Below, piece by piece: positions 1 to 10,228 of a DNA stretch of 64,000 bases. This DNA is from Haliotis rufescens (taxonomy: Eukaryota). Where the stretch lies: NCBI RefSeq assembly GCF_023055435.1, contig NW_025964001.1:186001-250000 (forward strand), written 5' to 3'. The position numbers were made by a program, and so were the translations under genes. Each line of letters starts with the position of its first letter. The stretch's first letter is position 1. Below the pieces are notes generated by a model. That model searched no databases, was not told the DNA's origin, and saw only the letters and a program-made list of their open reading frames with translations.

Positions 1-320
1 TAGGGGTAGACGCAGTACTGGGGGCGCATCACAGTGGGGGAAGGCGCAGTACTGGGGGTGCATCACAGTAGGGGTAGACGCAGTACTGGGGGTGCATCAC
101 AGTAGGGGTAGACGCAGTACTGGGTGGGGCGCATCACAGTGGAGTAGACACAGTACTGGGTGGGGCGCATTACAGTGGAGTAGACACAGTACTGGGTGGG
201 GTGCATCACAGTAGGGGTAGACGCAGTACTGGGGGCGCATCACAGTGGAGGTAGACGCAGTACTGAGGGTGCATAACAGTGGAGGTAGACGCAGTACTGG
301 GGGGCGCATCACAGTGGGTG
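1..320. repeat. Minisatellite, ~34-37 bp unit (TAGGGGTAGACGCAGTACTGGGGGCGCATCACAG), ~9 copies, runs off the window start
   Basis: Direct tandem repetition; explains ORF 97..369. Confidence 0.95.
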
Positions 321-1236
321 TACTTGAGTGAGGATAAGTTTCATTCCACACAATGGAACCATAGCACATCTACTTTAGTGTGTAGACGACGTACATTAAT
401 ACCTGCTTCCTGAATTGTTGACTGCATGTCAGTGAAGTGAGCGCTATCGTCACGTGGCCCCATTAGGACTTTATTGAATCTTGGGGGAATTCGTAATTTT
501 AATGAATGTTCAATGTACGTCTGTTGATTCCCTTTGTGGGTTGGCAAATAATTCCAATAAGACATTGATCCTTGTTTGCTGATAGGATGTTTAGATATTT
601 TATATGTTATTATTCATAAGAATTGGTAATTAATTCACATAGAAACAAATTCAACCCATTTAAACATAACACAAACATACGCAGGTCCCCTGGCGTGACA
701 CAGGCTGGCGGGCAATGAAGCATATGCGGTAAACTGTGAGGTGAGGAAAGCTTGTGCCTTTATTAAACCAGATTAAAGATGCTATCCTGTTTCAAAAATA
801 GGAAAAGGTGAGAAACAGCTGCGGCAAATGAGGAAATAAAATCAGCACGACAACATATGTGCAAGGAAATATTAAGACGCGTGTGTGACAGTCGCTGTTG
901 GCGGGGAAGCGGAGGGCTGACAATGCTAATGCAAAATGGCTTATACCACATGTACCCTCGTGTCGATTTCAACAAGTCACGGAGGCGCTCTAATTAGATC
1001 CACTAGACTGCAATTACGCCAGTCACATTTGAAATAATTGTCACAACCAAGGTTTATGAATGCCATTTTTTAACATGGACGCAAATGTTTCGGGGCGTGT
1101 TCGTACTGTTTCAACTCTTCCAACCAACGTTTTTTAATGCAAGCAATTAGCATTACATGAATGATCCATGGTACGATGACTGTTTTAACATGTCCTCTTT
1201 ACATGCATGTTCTTTAATGTATTTTGTTCTCGGTCA

Positions 1237-3686
1237 TACAGACACGTGGTCATCATTGGTGATGGTGGGGGAGGGGGTGGGGGGCGGGGGCACCATCCTT
1301 CAAACACATGGTCATCAATGGTGAGGGGGGCACGATCCTACAGACACATGGTCATCATTGGTGTGGGGGGCACGATCCTACAGACATCTGGTCATCGTTG
1401 GTGTGGGGACACGATCCTACAGACATCTGGTCATCATTGGTGAGGGGGGCACGATCCTACAGACACATGGTCATCACTGGTGAGGGAGGCACGATCCTAC
1501 AGACATCTGGTCATCGTTGGTGAGGGGGGCTCGATCCTACAGACACATGGTCATCACTGGTGAGGGGGGCTCGATCCTACAGACACATGGTCATCACTGG
1601 TGTGGGGGGCACGATCCTACAGACACATGGTCATCACTGGTGAGGGGGGCTCGATCCTTCAAACACATGGTCATCAATGGTGAGGGGGGCACGATCCTAC
1701 AGACACATGGTCATCACTGGTGAGTGGGGCTCGATCCTACAGACACATGGTCATCACTGGTGAGGGGGGCACGATCCTACAGACACATGGTCATCACTGG
1801 TGAGGGGGTTCGATCCTACAGACACATGGTCATCATTGGTGTGGGGGGCACGATCCTACAGACATCTGGTCATCATTGGTGAGGGGGGCACCATCCTACA
1901 GACACATGGTCATCACTGGTGAGGGGGGCTCGATCCTACAGACACATGGTCATCACTGGTGAGGGGGGCACGATCCTACAGACACATGGTCATCACTGGT
2001 GTGGGGGGCACGATCCTACAGACACATGGTCATCACTGGTGTGGGGGGCACGATCCTACAGACACATGGTCATCACTGGTCAGGGGGGCACGATCCTACA
2101 GACATCTGGTCATCGTTGGTGAGGGGGGCTCGATCCTACAGACACATGGTCATCATTGGTGTGGGGGGCACGATCCTACAGACATCTGGTCATCGTTGGT
2201 GAGGGGGGGCTCGATCCTACAGACACAGGTCATCATTAGTGTGGGGGGCACGATCCTACAGACACATGGTCATCACTGGTGAGGGGGGCACGATCCTACA
2301 GACACATGGTCATCACTGGTGAGGGGGCACGATCCTACAGACACATGGTCATCACTGGTGAGGGGGGCTCGATCCTACAGACACATGGTCATCATTGGTG
2401 AGGGGGGCACGATCCTACAGACACATGGTCATCATTGGTGTGGGGGGCACGATCCTACAGACACATGGTCATCATTGGTGTGGGGGGCACGATCCTACAG
2501 ACACATGGTCATCACTGGTGAGGGGGGCTCGATCCTACAGACACATGGTCATCATTGGTGTGGGGGCACGATCCTACAGACACATGGTCATCATTTGTGT
2601 GGGAGCACGATCCTACAGACACATGGTCATCATTAGTGTGGGGGGCTCGATCCTACAGACACATGGTCATCATTAGTGTGGGGGCACGATCCTACAGACA
2701 CATGGTCATCATTAGTGTGGGGGGCTCGATCCTACAGACACATGGTCATCACTGGTCAGGGGGGCACGATCCTACAGACACATGGTCATCACTGGTGAGG
2801 GGGGCTCGATCCTACAGACACATGGTCATCATTGGTGTGGGGGGCACGATCCTACAGACATCTGGTCATCATTGGTGAGGGGGGCACGATCCTACAGACA
2901 CATGGTCATCATTAGTGTGGGGGGCACGATCCTACAGACACATGGTCATCACTGGTGAGGGGGGCACGATCCTACAGACACATGGTCATCACTGGTGAGG
3001 GGGGCTCGATCCTACAGACACATGGTCATCACTGGTGAGGGGGGCACGATCCTACAGACATCTGGTCATCATTGGTGTGGGGGGCACGGTCCTACAGACA
3101 CATGGTCATCACTGGTGAGGGGGGCTCGATCCTACAGACACATGGTCATCACTGGTAAGGGGGGCACGATCCTACAGACACATGGTCATCACTGGTGAGG
3201 GGGGCTCGATCCTACAGACACATGGTCATCATTGGTGTGGGGGGCTCGATCCTACAGACACATGGTCATCATTAGTGTGGGGGGCACGATCCTACAGACA
3301 CATGGTCATCACTGGTGAGGGGGGCACGATCCTACAGACACATGGTCATCACTGGTGAGGGGGGCTCGATCCTACAGACACATGGTCATCATTGGTGTGG
3401 GGGCGCGATCCTATAGACACATGGTCATCACTGGTGAGGGGGGCACGATCCTACAGACACATGGTCATCATTAGTGTGGGGGGCACGATCCTACAGACAC
3501 ATGGTCATCATTAGTGTGGGGGGCACGATCCTACAGACACATGGTCATCATTGGTGAGGGGGGCACAATCCTACAGACACATGGTCATCACTGGTGAGGG
3601 GGGCTCGATCCTACAGACACATGGTCATCATTAGTGTGGGGGGCACGATCCTACAGACACAGGTCATCGTTGGTGAGGAGGGCACG
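1237..3686. repeat. Minisatellite, 40 bp unit (GGTGAGGGGGGCACGATCCTACAGACACATGGTCATCACT), ~60 copies with interspersed variants
   Basis: Direct tandem repetition; produces all the repetitive ORFs from 1207 to ~3690. Confidence 0.97.
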
Positions 3687-3961
3687 GGTGGCCCAGCTGT
3701 CAATGGCGCCACGATTCGCTGTGCAGAGTTGTGGCCATGGGCACACCAGAAACCAATGAGAGTGGGTTTGAATCCCGGTTCGCCCCGTTTATGTTTCTAG
3801 GTTTCTCAGCACCATACCCGTGCTCGTGGGTTTCACCGAAGTTGTAAACGTCTGAGACCTGCATCACTTCGGGCTTTCCTTCAACATCAAGCTGACACGC
3901 CGTGATATAACTGGAATACTGTTAAAAGCGGCGTTAAACCAAATTCACTCACTGAGTCACT
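3680..3961 (+). mobile_element. tRNA-headed SINE, family C, copy 1
   Basis: B-box-like GGTTTGAATCCC; body ATGTTTCTAGGTTTCTCAGCACCATACC shared with the inverted copy at 38793-39031; 3' tail GCCGTGATATAACTGGAATACTG...GCGGCGTTAAAC plus (ACTC)n. Confidence 0.8.
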
Positions 3962-3974
3962 CATCGGTGAGTGA

Positions 3975-4281
3975 GGTGAGGTGAGGTGAAATGGGGTTTA
4001 ACGTAGCGTCCAAGATTATGGCTGCTTGTACTAGTCCGGACTGATGCCGATTTATAGTGCTAGTTCACTGAGATACCATGCCGCAGTTTAACGGGAATAC
4101 CCCACTCAGACACAGTATACTGACTCCGAGCCGACCAGACCTTGTTTTAGCCCCTTAATGCCGAGCGCCAGACAGTGTAACAACAAGTACCATCGTCTTT
4201 TGGTATGACGCGGCCGGGGATCGAACCCCGGGCCTTCCGCTCTCCGGGCGGACGCTCTACCACTAGACCACGGAGGCGGTC
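3975..4281 (-). mobile_element. tRNA-derived SINE, family A (MetaSINE/MESC-like core), copy 1, with a small internal deletion
   Basis: Minus strand: A box TGGTCTAGTGG, B box GGTTCGATCC, (CCTCA)n tail; near-identical to 6127-6472 and 7582-7936; degenerate TSD CATnnGTGAGTGA. Meta-like assignment is from recalled consensus. Confidence 0.88.
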
Positions 4282-5296
4282 CATTAGTGAGTGAAATGAG
4301 TGATGGTTTGTTTTACTCCATTCTTAGTAATATTGGCAGTGGGGAATGGAAACCGTGGTGTGACAATCAAGCTACCGGGATCACTGGAAACTACAGCCAC
4401 AAGCAGAGACTTCCCCTTGCAGCACTCAGCCACTTGTTAATAACCTCGTGATGATCGTCTTTATGTCAGTACACCAAAATTGAACTGACCCAAAGAATGG
4501 TTTTAGGGTTTTGTATGCTTATGAACTAAAAAAAGTTAATCCAAACAACATTTCTTACATCACACACGCTATCTTCCCTTCTCAAGCTCTGATGAGAAAC
4601 CCATAGATGTGGATTGGTAAGAAGCTTAACGAAGAACGCCTTGACACCCGTACACACGGTGACAACTGAAACAACATGCTTGCTCCTTCTGAAGCTGTTC
4701 TGGCAGTCATACATCAGTGCATCTGCATATATTCCCACTCAGCGAACGGGACGACGCAGATCTACTGACCCGTGGACGCTGAAGAAGCGTGGACGATGTA
4801 GCCGCAACGTGGGTGTAGAAAACATAATGAACCAAACACACACTCATGGGGAAATGATTATCAGGAATAAACGCTGTGTTGTCTGTCTTTATGGAATATC
4901 TATCTCAATCATCTTAGCATGGTAAATGCTTTTCGAGTGCCTATCTTGCATTTCGGTGAGAACCGAGGTTTGTTTTGGCAACACGGTGAGCTTTGGCATT
5001 AATAACACAGGTTTTTCGTCAGCTTCGTTGCAGCATGAAGATAGAGCAGCCATACTCCCGTCATATCATAACAAGAATGTTTTAAGCATGTTCATCCATA
5101 CGGTAGATACAGATAAATTTGTTATTTCTTTTCAGTTCACAGTGATGGTGTATATGCTGCACTGGCGTGGGTCGAGACTTGTGTTAACATGACAGGGTGA
5201 TACCAGCCCGGGGGTAGTCCAGACGTCCCCACCATCACAACGAGAGCCCCTAGATGAGTCATTAACCTGCAGATCCCCCCCATCTCCACCTGACGA

Positions 5297-5496
5297 TAGG
5301 CTGTCTAACAGACCCTGATACAAATATATATCAAATACAGCCCATGCAAGTCTATAATGTTTGGCAAGTCTAGATCACTGCAGTATGAAAATGAAGAGAG
5401 TCACTGGGCTCCTTTTTATTATATTTTTATTAAGATAACTGAACAACTGTTTTTTTATGTACGATATGTTCATTTCAGAGACTAGATGTTAGTCTA
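5297..5496 (+). mobile_element. Non-autonomous TAG...CTA DNA element, family 1 (AcademH-like MITE)
   Basis: Perfect 10-bp TSD CACCTGACGA (5287-5296, 5497-5506); TAG and CTA termini with hairpins; homologous to 9601-9806 and 42719-42906. Confidence 0.8.
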
Positions 5497-6126
5497 CACC
5501 TGACGACTGTATAGTGTGTTAGAGTCTCCATCCTCCTATTACCATAGGCACGATTGTGTTGGGATAATAAAAGCGACAAAGCCCTTTCCATAATCAAAAG
5601 GAGTCTCTGCTACAAGCAGAGTCCACGCTACGATTCCCACTATACCATCAGCATGTGCCTTTGAATCACATATAACGGATCAATTGAACCACTGATGTGC
5701 AAACTGTATGAATCCACGTGGATTCAAACAAAACTTTGTACGGCAAGAGGCGCAACTGCAACTGTTCCGAATCAGAACAAATAGGTCAGGGAGAAGGCGG
5801 CCGTTTCAAATGACATGGCCAGTAACCGCCAGGTTCAAACATTTGTTTTCTGAGAACTGGAAGATAGAGTTGGAAAATGAGTTGGAAATGAAATTCGATG
5901 GCATGAAATTTGTGGAACTTAGATTGTACGATGCCGGTGTTTGTGCAGTGCGTGGGGAAGACAGCAATATTGTTTTGTTGTTGGTGTGTTTGATACCCCA
6001 AAAAAACACTAAATATTACTAGTCCTGTTAACTTCTTGATGATACAGGTGACAGAAAGATGTTTCACTCGACTGCTATAATCAGTGGAATTCCCGACATT
6101 CCGTACGGCGGCGTATGTAGTGATGA

Positions 6127-6472
6127 GGTGAGGTGAAATTGGGTTTAACGTCGCGTCCAAGATTATTGCACTTATATAGCGACGTGCATGCACGTGTGTG
6201 TGTGTGGCTGCTTGTACTAGTCCGGACTGATGCCGATTTATAGTGCTAGCTCACTGAGATTCCATGCCGCAGTTAACATGAATACCCCACTCAGACACAG
6301 TTTACTGACTCCGAGCCGACCAGTCCTTGTTTTAGCCCCTTAAGGGCGAGCGCCAGACAGGGTAACAACAAGAACCATCTTTTAACGTCTTTTGGTATGA
6401 CGCGGCCGGGAATCAAACCCCGGACCTTCCGCTCTCCGGGCGGACGCTCTACCACTAGACCACGGAGGCGGT
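6127..6472 (-). mobile_element. SINE family A, copy 2 (full length)
   Basis: A/B boxes; perfect 16-bp TSD GCGTATGTAGTGATGA (6111-6126, 6473-6488). Confidence 0.93.
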
Positions 6473-7214
6473 GCGTATGTAGTGATGAAAGTAGTCCGTT
6501 GGCGTGGCTTGTATTTTATATGTATTGGGAAATGAGTGCATTAACTCGTGACGTATTCACCTGACCAGAATGCAGGAATTACAAGGAACACAACGAAATT
6601 TTAATATCAAATAGTGATCATACGAGGTGTTTGCAAAATGGGAGCGTATCTCACCGGTTGTCCCCGTTACAAACACATGCAAAGGCACGTCAATAGTTCA
6701 CTTGAAACATACACGTCAAGTCAAAATAAGGAATTGCATCAGACATCAGTTTGTCTCTGATGCGTCAATTTTTGAAATGTCCTTCACATGTCTACATAAC
6801 AACAGAAACAAAAAGGTTTTCGTCGCTGTGTATTTACTAACGCCTTGAGTGTTGTAACCCTGATCAAGCAACTTTTGAGCATGAGTCATATGCTGTTATT
6901 TTAATTCTTCATAGAAAGAGCATATGCTCGACTGTACCTTCAAAATTGTGAAATGCATGCACCAAAGGCTGGAGTATATTGCACGGCGTAAAGGGCAGGC
7001 TGAAGTCATCCTTGTGGTCTCTTGTCATACAGACATAAGCACAACCAAACACTAGCGTTGGGTGCACTATACTCTGAGAGCATAAAGACACAAGGGGTAT
7101 GTTTGCTTTCCTGAGTGATTTCTCAGATTCAGATTCTATGTCAAGTGCCGTCGACATTGAGATCACTCCATCTGGCTGCTGAGTGCGGTGGGGCCCAATG
7201 CATGCATTCAGTAA

Positions 7215-8130
7215 CGGGATAGGTGTCTATCTGTGCATGCCCATTCTTCATTTCGGGTGGAACAAGTTCAAACGTAGAGGTTCGATATTTCCAGGCCACG
7301 TTTGCTTGTCTAGATTTCAGGTTAAGCAATTAAGAAGGACGTTTCCACGCGCTTCCACAGCCCAGACTTCAGCTTCATCATCGTGTTTCAGACAAAAAGC
7401 ATGAGATGTCGTTGTTGGTGGACACACCAGTCATCAATTGCGAATATTGAGTTTAAGCTATTGCGTCACAAGATTTTCTGTACAATCACTTGATTGTCTG
7501 GTTTGACGACAGGCCGCCATCGCCAGGCAGGAGTACTGCTGTTTGGCAACTTACACATACTGTTTATTGTAAATTGTGAGGTGAGGTGAGGTGAAATTTG
7601 GTTTAACGTCGCGTCCAAGATTATTGCACTTATATAGCGACGTGCATGCACGTGTATGTGTGTGTGTGGCTGCTTGTACTAGTCCGGACTGATGCCGATT
7701 TATAGTGCTAGCTCACTGAGATACCATGCCGCAGTTTAACATGAATACCCCACTCAGACACAGTATACTGACTCCGAGCCGACCAGTCCTTGTTTTAGCC
7801 CCTTAATGCCGAGCGCCAGACAGGGTAACAACAAGTACAATCTTTTAACGTCTTTTTGTATGACGCGGCCCGGGATCGAACCCTGGACCTTCCGCTCTCC
7901 GGGCGGACGCTCTACCACAAGACCACGGAGGCGGTCTTGTAAATTGTGAGGGGCGGGTGCTGCCGGTAGAGCAGGACATGATTATCCTTCTCACGAACAC
8001 CTGGTGTCATCACTCAAGTTTAATGATCCATTCATATAATTTTCGCTGCTACTTTGCCTTTAAGCCCAATGGAATCTGCTTCGGCCAATAATTGAGAGTT
8101 TTTATCATCTGGCGCTGACGTTATATATTA
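7215..8130 (+). mobile_element. Degenerate 3' part of a probable Penelope-like retroelement, interrupted by SINE A copy 3
   Basis: Frame-broken peptide GVY...NKFKRRG...RLL...FQVKQLRRTF resembles the C-terminal RT thumb of Penelope-like elements; 8021-8130 recurs at 57281-57390 and ~7970-8015 recurs inverted at ~61090-61135. Confidence 0.45.
7582..7936 (-). mobile_element. SINE family A, copy 3 (full length)
   Basis: A/B boxes; perfect 15-bp TSD TTGTAAATTGTGAGG (7567-7581, 7937-7951). Confidence 0.93.
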
Positions 8131-8219
8131 AGTTTGATTGCATTAATCAAAGTAGCTAACGGAAGCACGCCGGTATTTTAAGTCACTTAGTCATCTTTAA
8201 TACTTCGACTTTCTCCCCT

Positions 8220-8470
8220 GACCCGTGAAGATCCGGGGTAGAATAGCTCTACAGCAACCCATGCTTGCCGTTAAAGGCGACGGTGCTTGTCATGTCGTAA
8301 GAGGCGACTAACGGGATCGGGTGGTGAGGCTCGCGGACCAATTACGTCGATAGATGCTCATGATATCAATCACTGGATTGTCTGGTCCTTACTCGATTTT
8401 TTACAGACCGCCGTCATATAGCTGGAATATTGCTGAGTGCGGCGTAAAACAACAAACCAATCAACTAACC
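8220..8470 (+). mobile_element. Short retroposon family B (no tRNA head; GTCGTAAGAGGCGAC hairpin), copy 1
   Basis: Starts GACCCGTGAAGATCC; 3' tail ATATAGCTGGAATATTGCTGAGTGCGGCG; TSD TTCTCCCCT (8211-8219, 8471-8479); about seven other copies in the window. Confidence 0.88.
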
Positions 8471-8562
8471 TTCTCCCCTACAGTTATTGCTCACATATTA
8501 ACTATACCAGATCATAGCACAGAGACACACAGTATGTACTGTATGTTCTTGCAAAGAGTATG

Positions 8563-8985
8563 GTGAGGTAATATAACTCATATTACTACGAGTTAGAACG
8601 TCGCTTGAGGCGATCTGTGAGGTGTTCTCATACATATTACTACGAGTAAGGGCGGCCGGGTAGCCTAGTGGTGAAAGCGTTGGCTCGTCACGCCGAAGAC
8701 CCGGGTTCGATTCCCGACATGGGTACCACTTCTGGTGTCCCCCGCCGTGATATTGATTGAATATTGCTTAAAGCGGCGTAAAACCATACTCACTCACTCA
8801 CTTACTACGAGTAAGCACATCATTTGAAGCGATAAGGGAGGCGTTACCGCATATTTTACCATGAGTAAGCACATTATCTGAGGCGTTCTAGCTGTGACGT
8901 ATTATCACAGATTTTACTTAGAATAAGCCCATCATTTCAGAGACATTGTGTAACAAATGTTATCACACGTTTTACGGTAAGCCTA
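8563..8985. repeat. Old degenerate ~55-bp tandem repeat interrupted by SINE D copy 1
   Basis: Recurring TTACTACGAGTAAGCAC...TGAGGCG...GTGAGG-like units. Confidence 0.55.
8651..8801 (+). mobile_element. Short tRNA(Asp)-like SINE, family D, copy 1
   Basis: A box TAGCCTAGTGG, GTC anticodon-like loop, B box GGTTCGATTCC, shared tail plus (ACTC)n; 14-bp TSD TTACTACGAGTAAG (8637-8650, 8802-8815). Confidence 0.92.
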
Positions 8986-9600
8986 CCAATCATTTGGTCT
9001 ATCAGATTACATAAAGTGTAACATAAAGACTACATACCTCAATGTCACACACTTGGTACAAGAAGTATGAAATAATGCATCTATCATTTTTTGTTGGTTA
9101 ATCAACGTGTTTGAATGTTTATGCTTTTCTACCGCATCCTTGTATACATAATATTTATTGAATGTATTGATACAATATAACCGATTGACCCCGGTCAACT
9201 AGATTTTATTGGCTTGATATCATATGACATTATAGCGTTTATTCCACCTGGATGGTCACATTGAGTCGTCAATAACACCACGTAAAGATTACAATAGCTC
9301 GTGTTTAACTGCACTCCCTCAGCAGGGAGCGGCACCTGGCCTAAATAGCGATAAACCTGTCCTCCTAATTATAAAATCGAAGTCCTTTCACGTGATACCA
9401 CAGTATGCTATTTGGACACAATGGGGATGAAAATAGCCCTTATTGTCTACAAGCGTTCTACTTGGAACGGCTAATAAAACATTACTCCTCATCGGTTTAT
9501 TCTCCAAATACTGAATAATTGTGATGGCGACTTGTTCCTAGATTCGGAACATTGGTGACCGATACTTGTCATTTGGCAAAATTGACCATGTGCAGCGGGC

Positions 9601-9806
9601 CAGACTAACATCTAGTCTCTGAAATGAACATAATTTTCAGAAAAAAAGACCGTTGTTAAATTATAGGTATAAAATATAATTAAAAGGAGCCCAGAGACTT
9701 TCTTCATTTTCAGACCTGATATTGCAGTAATCAAGACTTGCCAAACATTATAGACTTGTATGGGCTGTATTGGATATGTTTGTTTCAGGGTCTCTATGAC
9801 AGACTA
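9601..9806 (-). mobile_element. AcademH-like MITE family 1, inverted copy
   Basis: Reverse complement of 5297-5496; perfect 9-bp TSD GCAGCGGGC (9592-9600, 9807-9815). Confidence 0.8.
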
Positions 9807-9843
9807 GCAGCGGGCCAACGCAAGTGTATCTGTTCCTGTACAG

Positions 9844-9899
9844 AAACGTGAATGGTGCTACGGGACGTTCCCCCACAGTATCCAGCACATCATCGTGAC
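9844..9899 (+). other. Candidate isolated exon (KREWCYGTFPHSIQHIIV in its only open frame)
   Basis: Acceptor TCTGTTCCTGTACAG and donor GTAAGT; no partner exon found. Confidence 0.2.
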
Positions 9900-10228
9900 G
9901 TAAGTACCGAAGGTGCCAGGGCAGAGTGCCATACAAAATTATATAAAATAAGGTGGGTTAAAGAGAAAACGGTTCAAGTAGAAAATTAGGCAATGAATAA
10001 ATATAATATAGTGTGACGGAAAACATAGCTACAAGTTATAATCAAAGTCAAAACGGTTGCAGAAGTGACACAGTCGTTCTTCTTCGTCTTCCTGTTTCGA
10101 TCATTAAGTTCTGACAGCCACAGCCGAATCTGATAAATGTCTACGCATATATCGTCACTTGGCCAATGGTATACACATGCATAGGACCACCTGTTAGAAT
10201 AAAGAAAACTACACATATATGGACAATG

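Noticed and set aside
1237-3686. CRISPR-like array (also considered for 10229-12720, 23957-24327, 44805-45296)
   Set aside because: Units are contiguous with no unique spacers, there are no cas genes, and the context is eukaryotic
4588-4680. Hammerhead ribozyme core CTGATGA (also at ~34889 and ~52658)
   Set aside because: No stem II followed by GAAA with compatible stems I and III could be built
8651-8730. Genuine tRNA gene (also considered for the heads of families A and C)
   Set aside because: No proper acceptor stem; continues into a SINE body and tail bounded by TSDs
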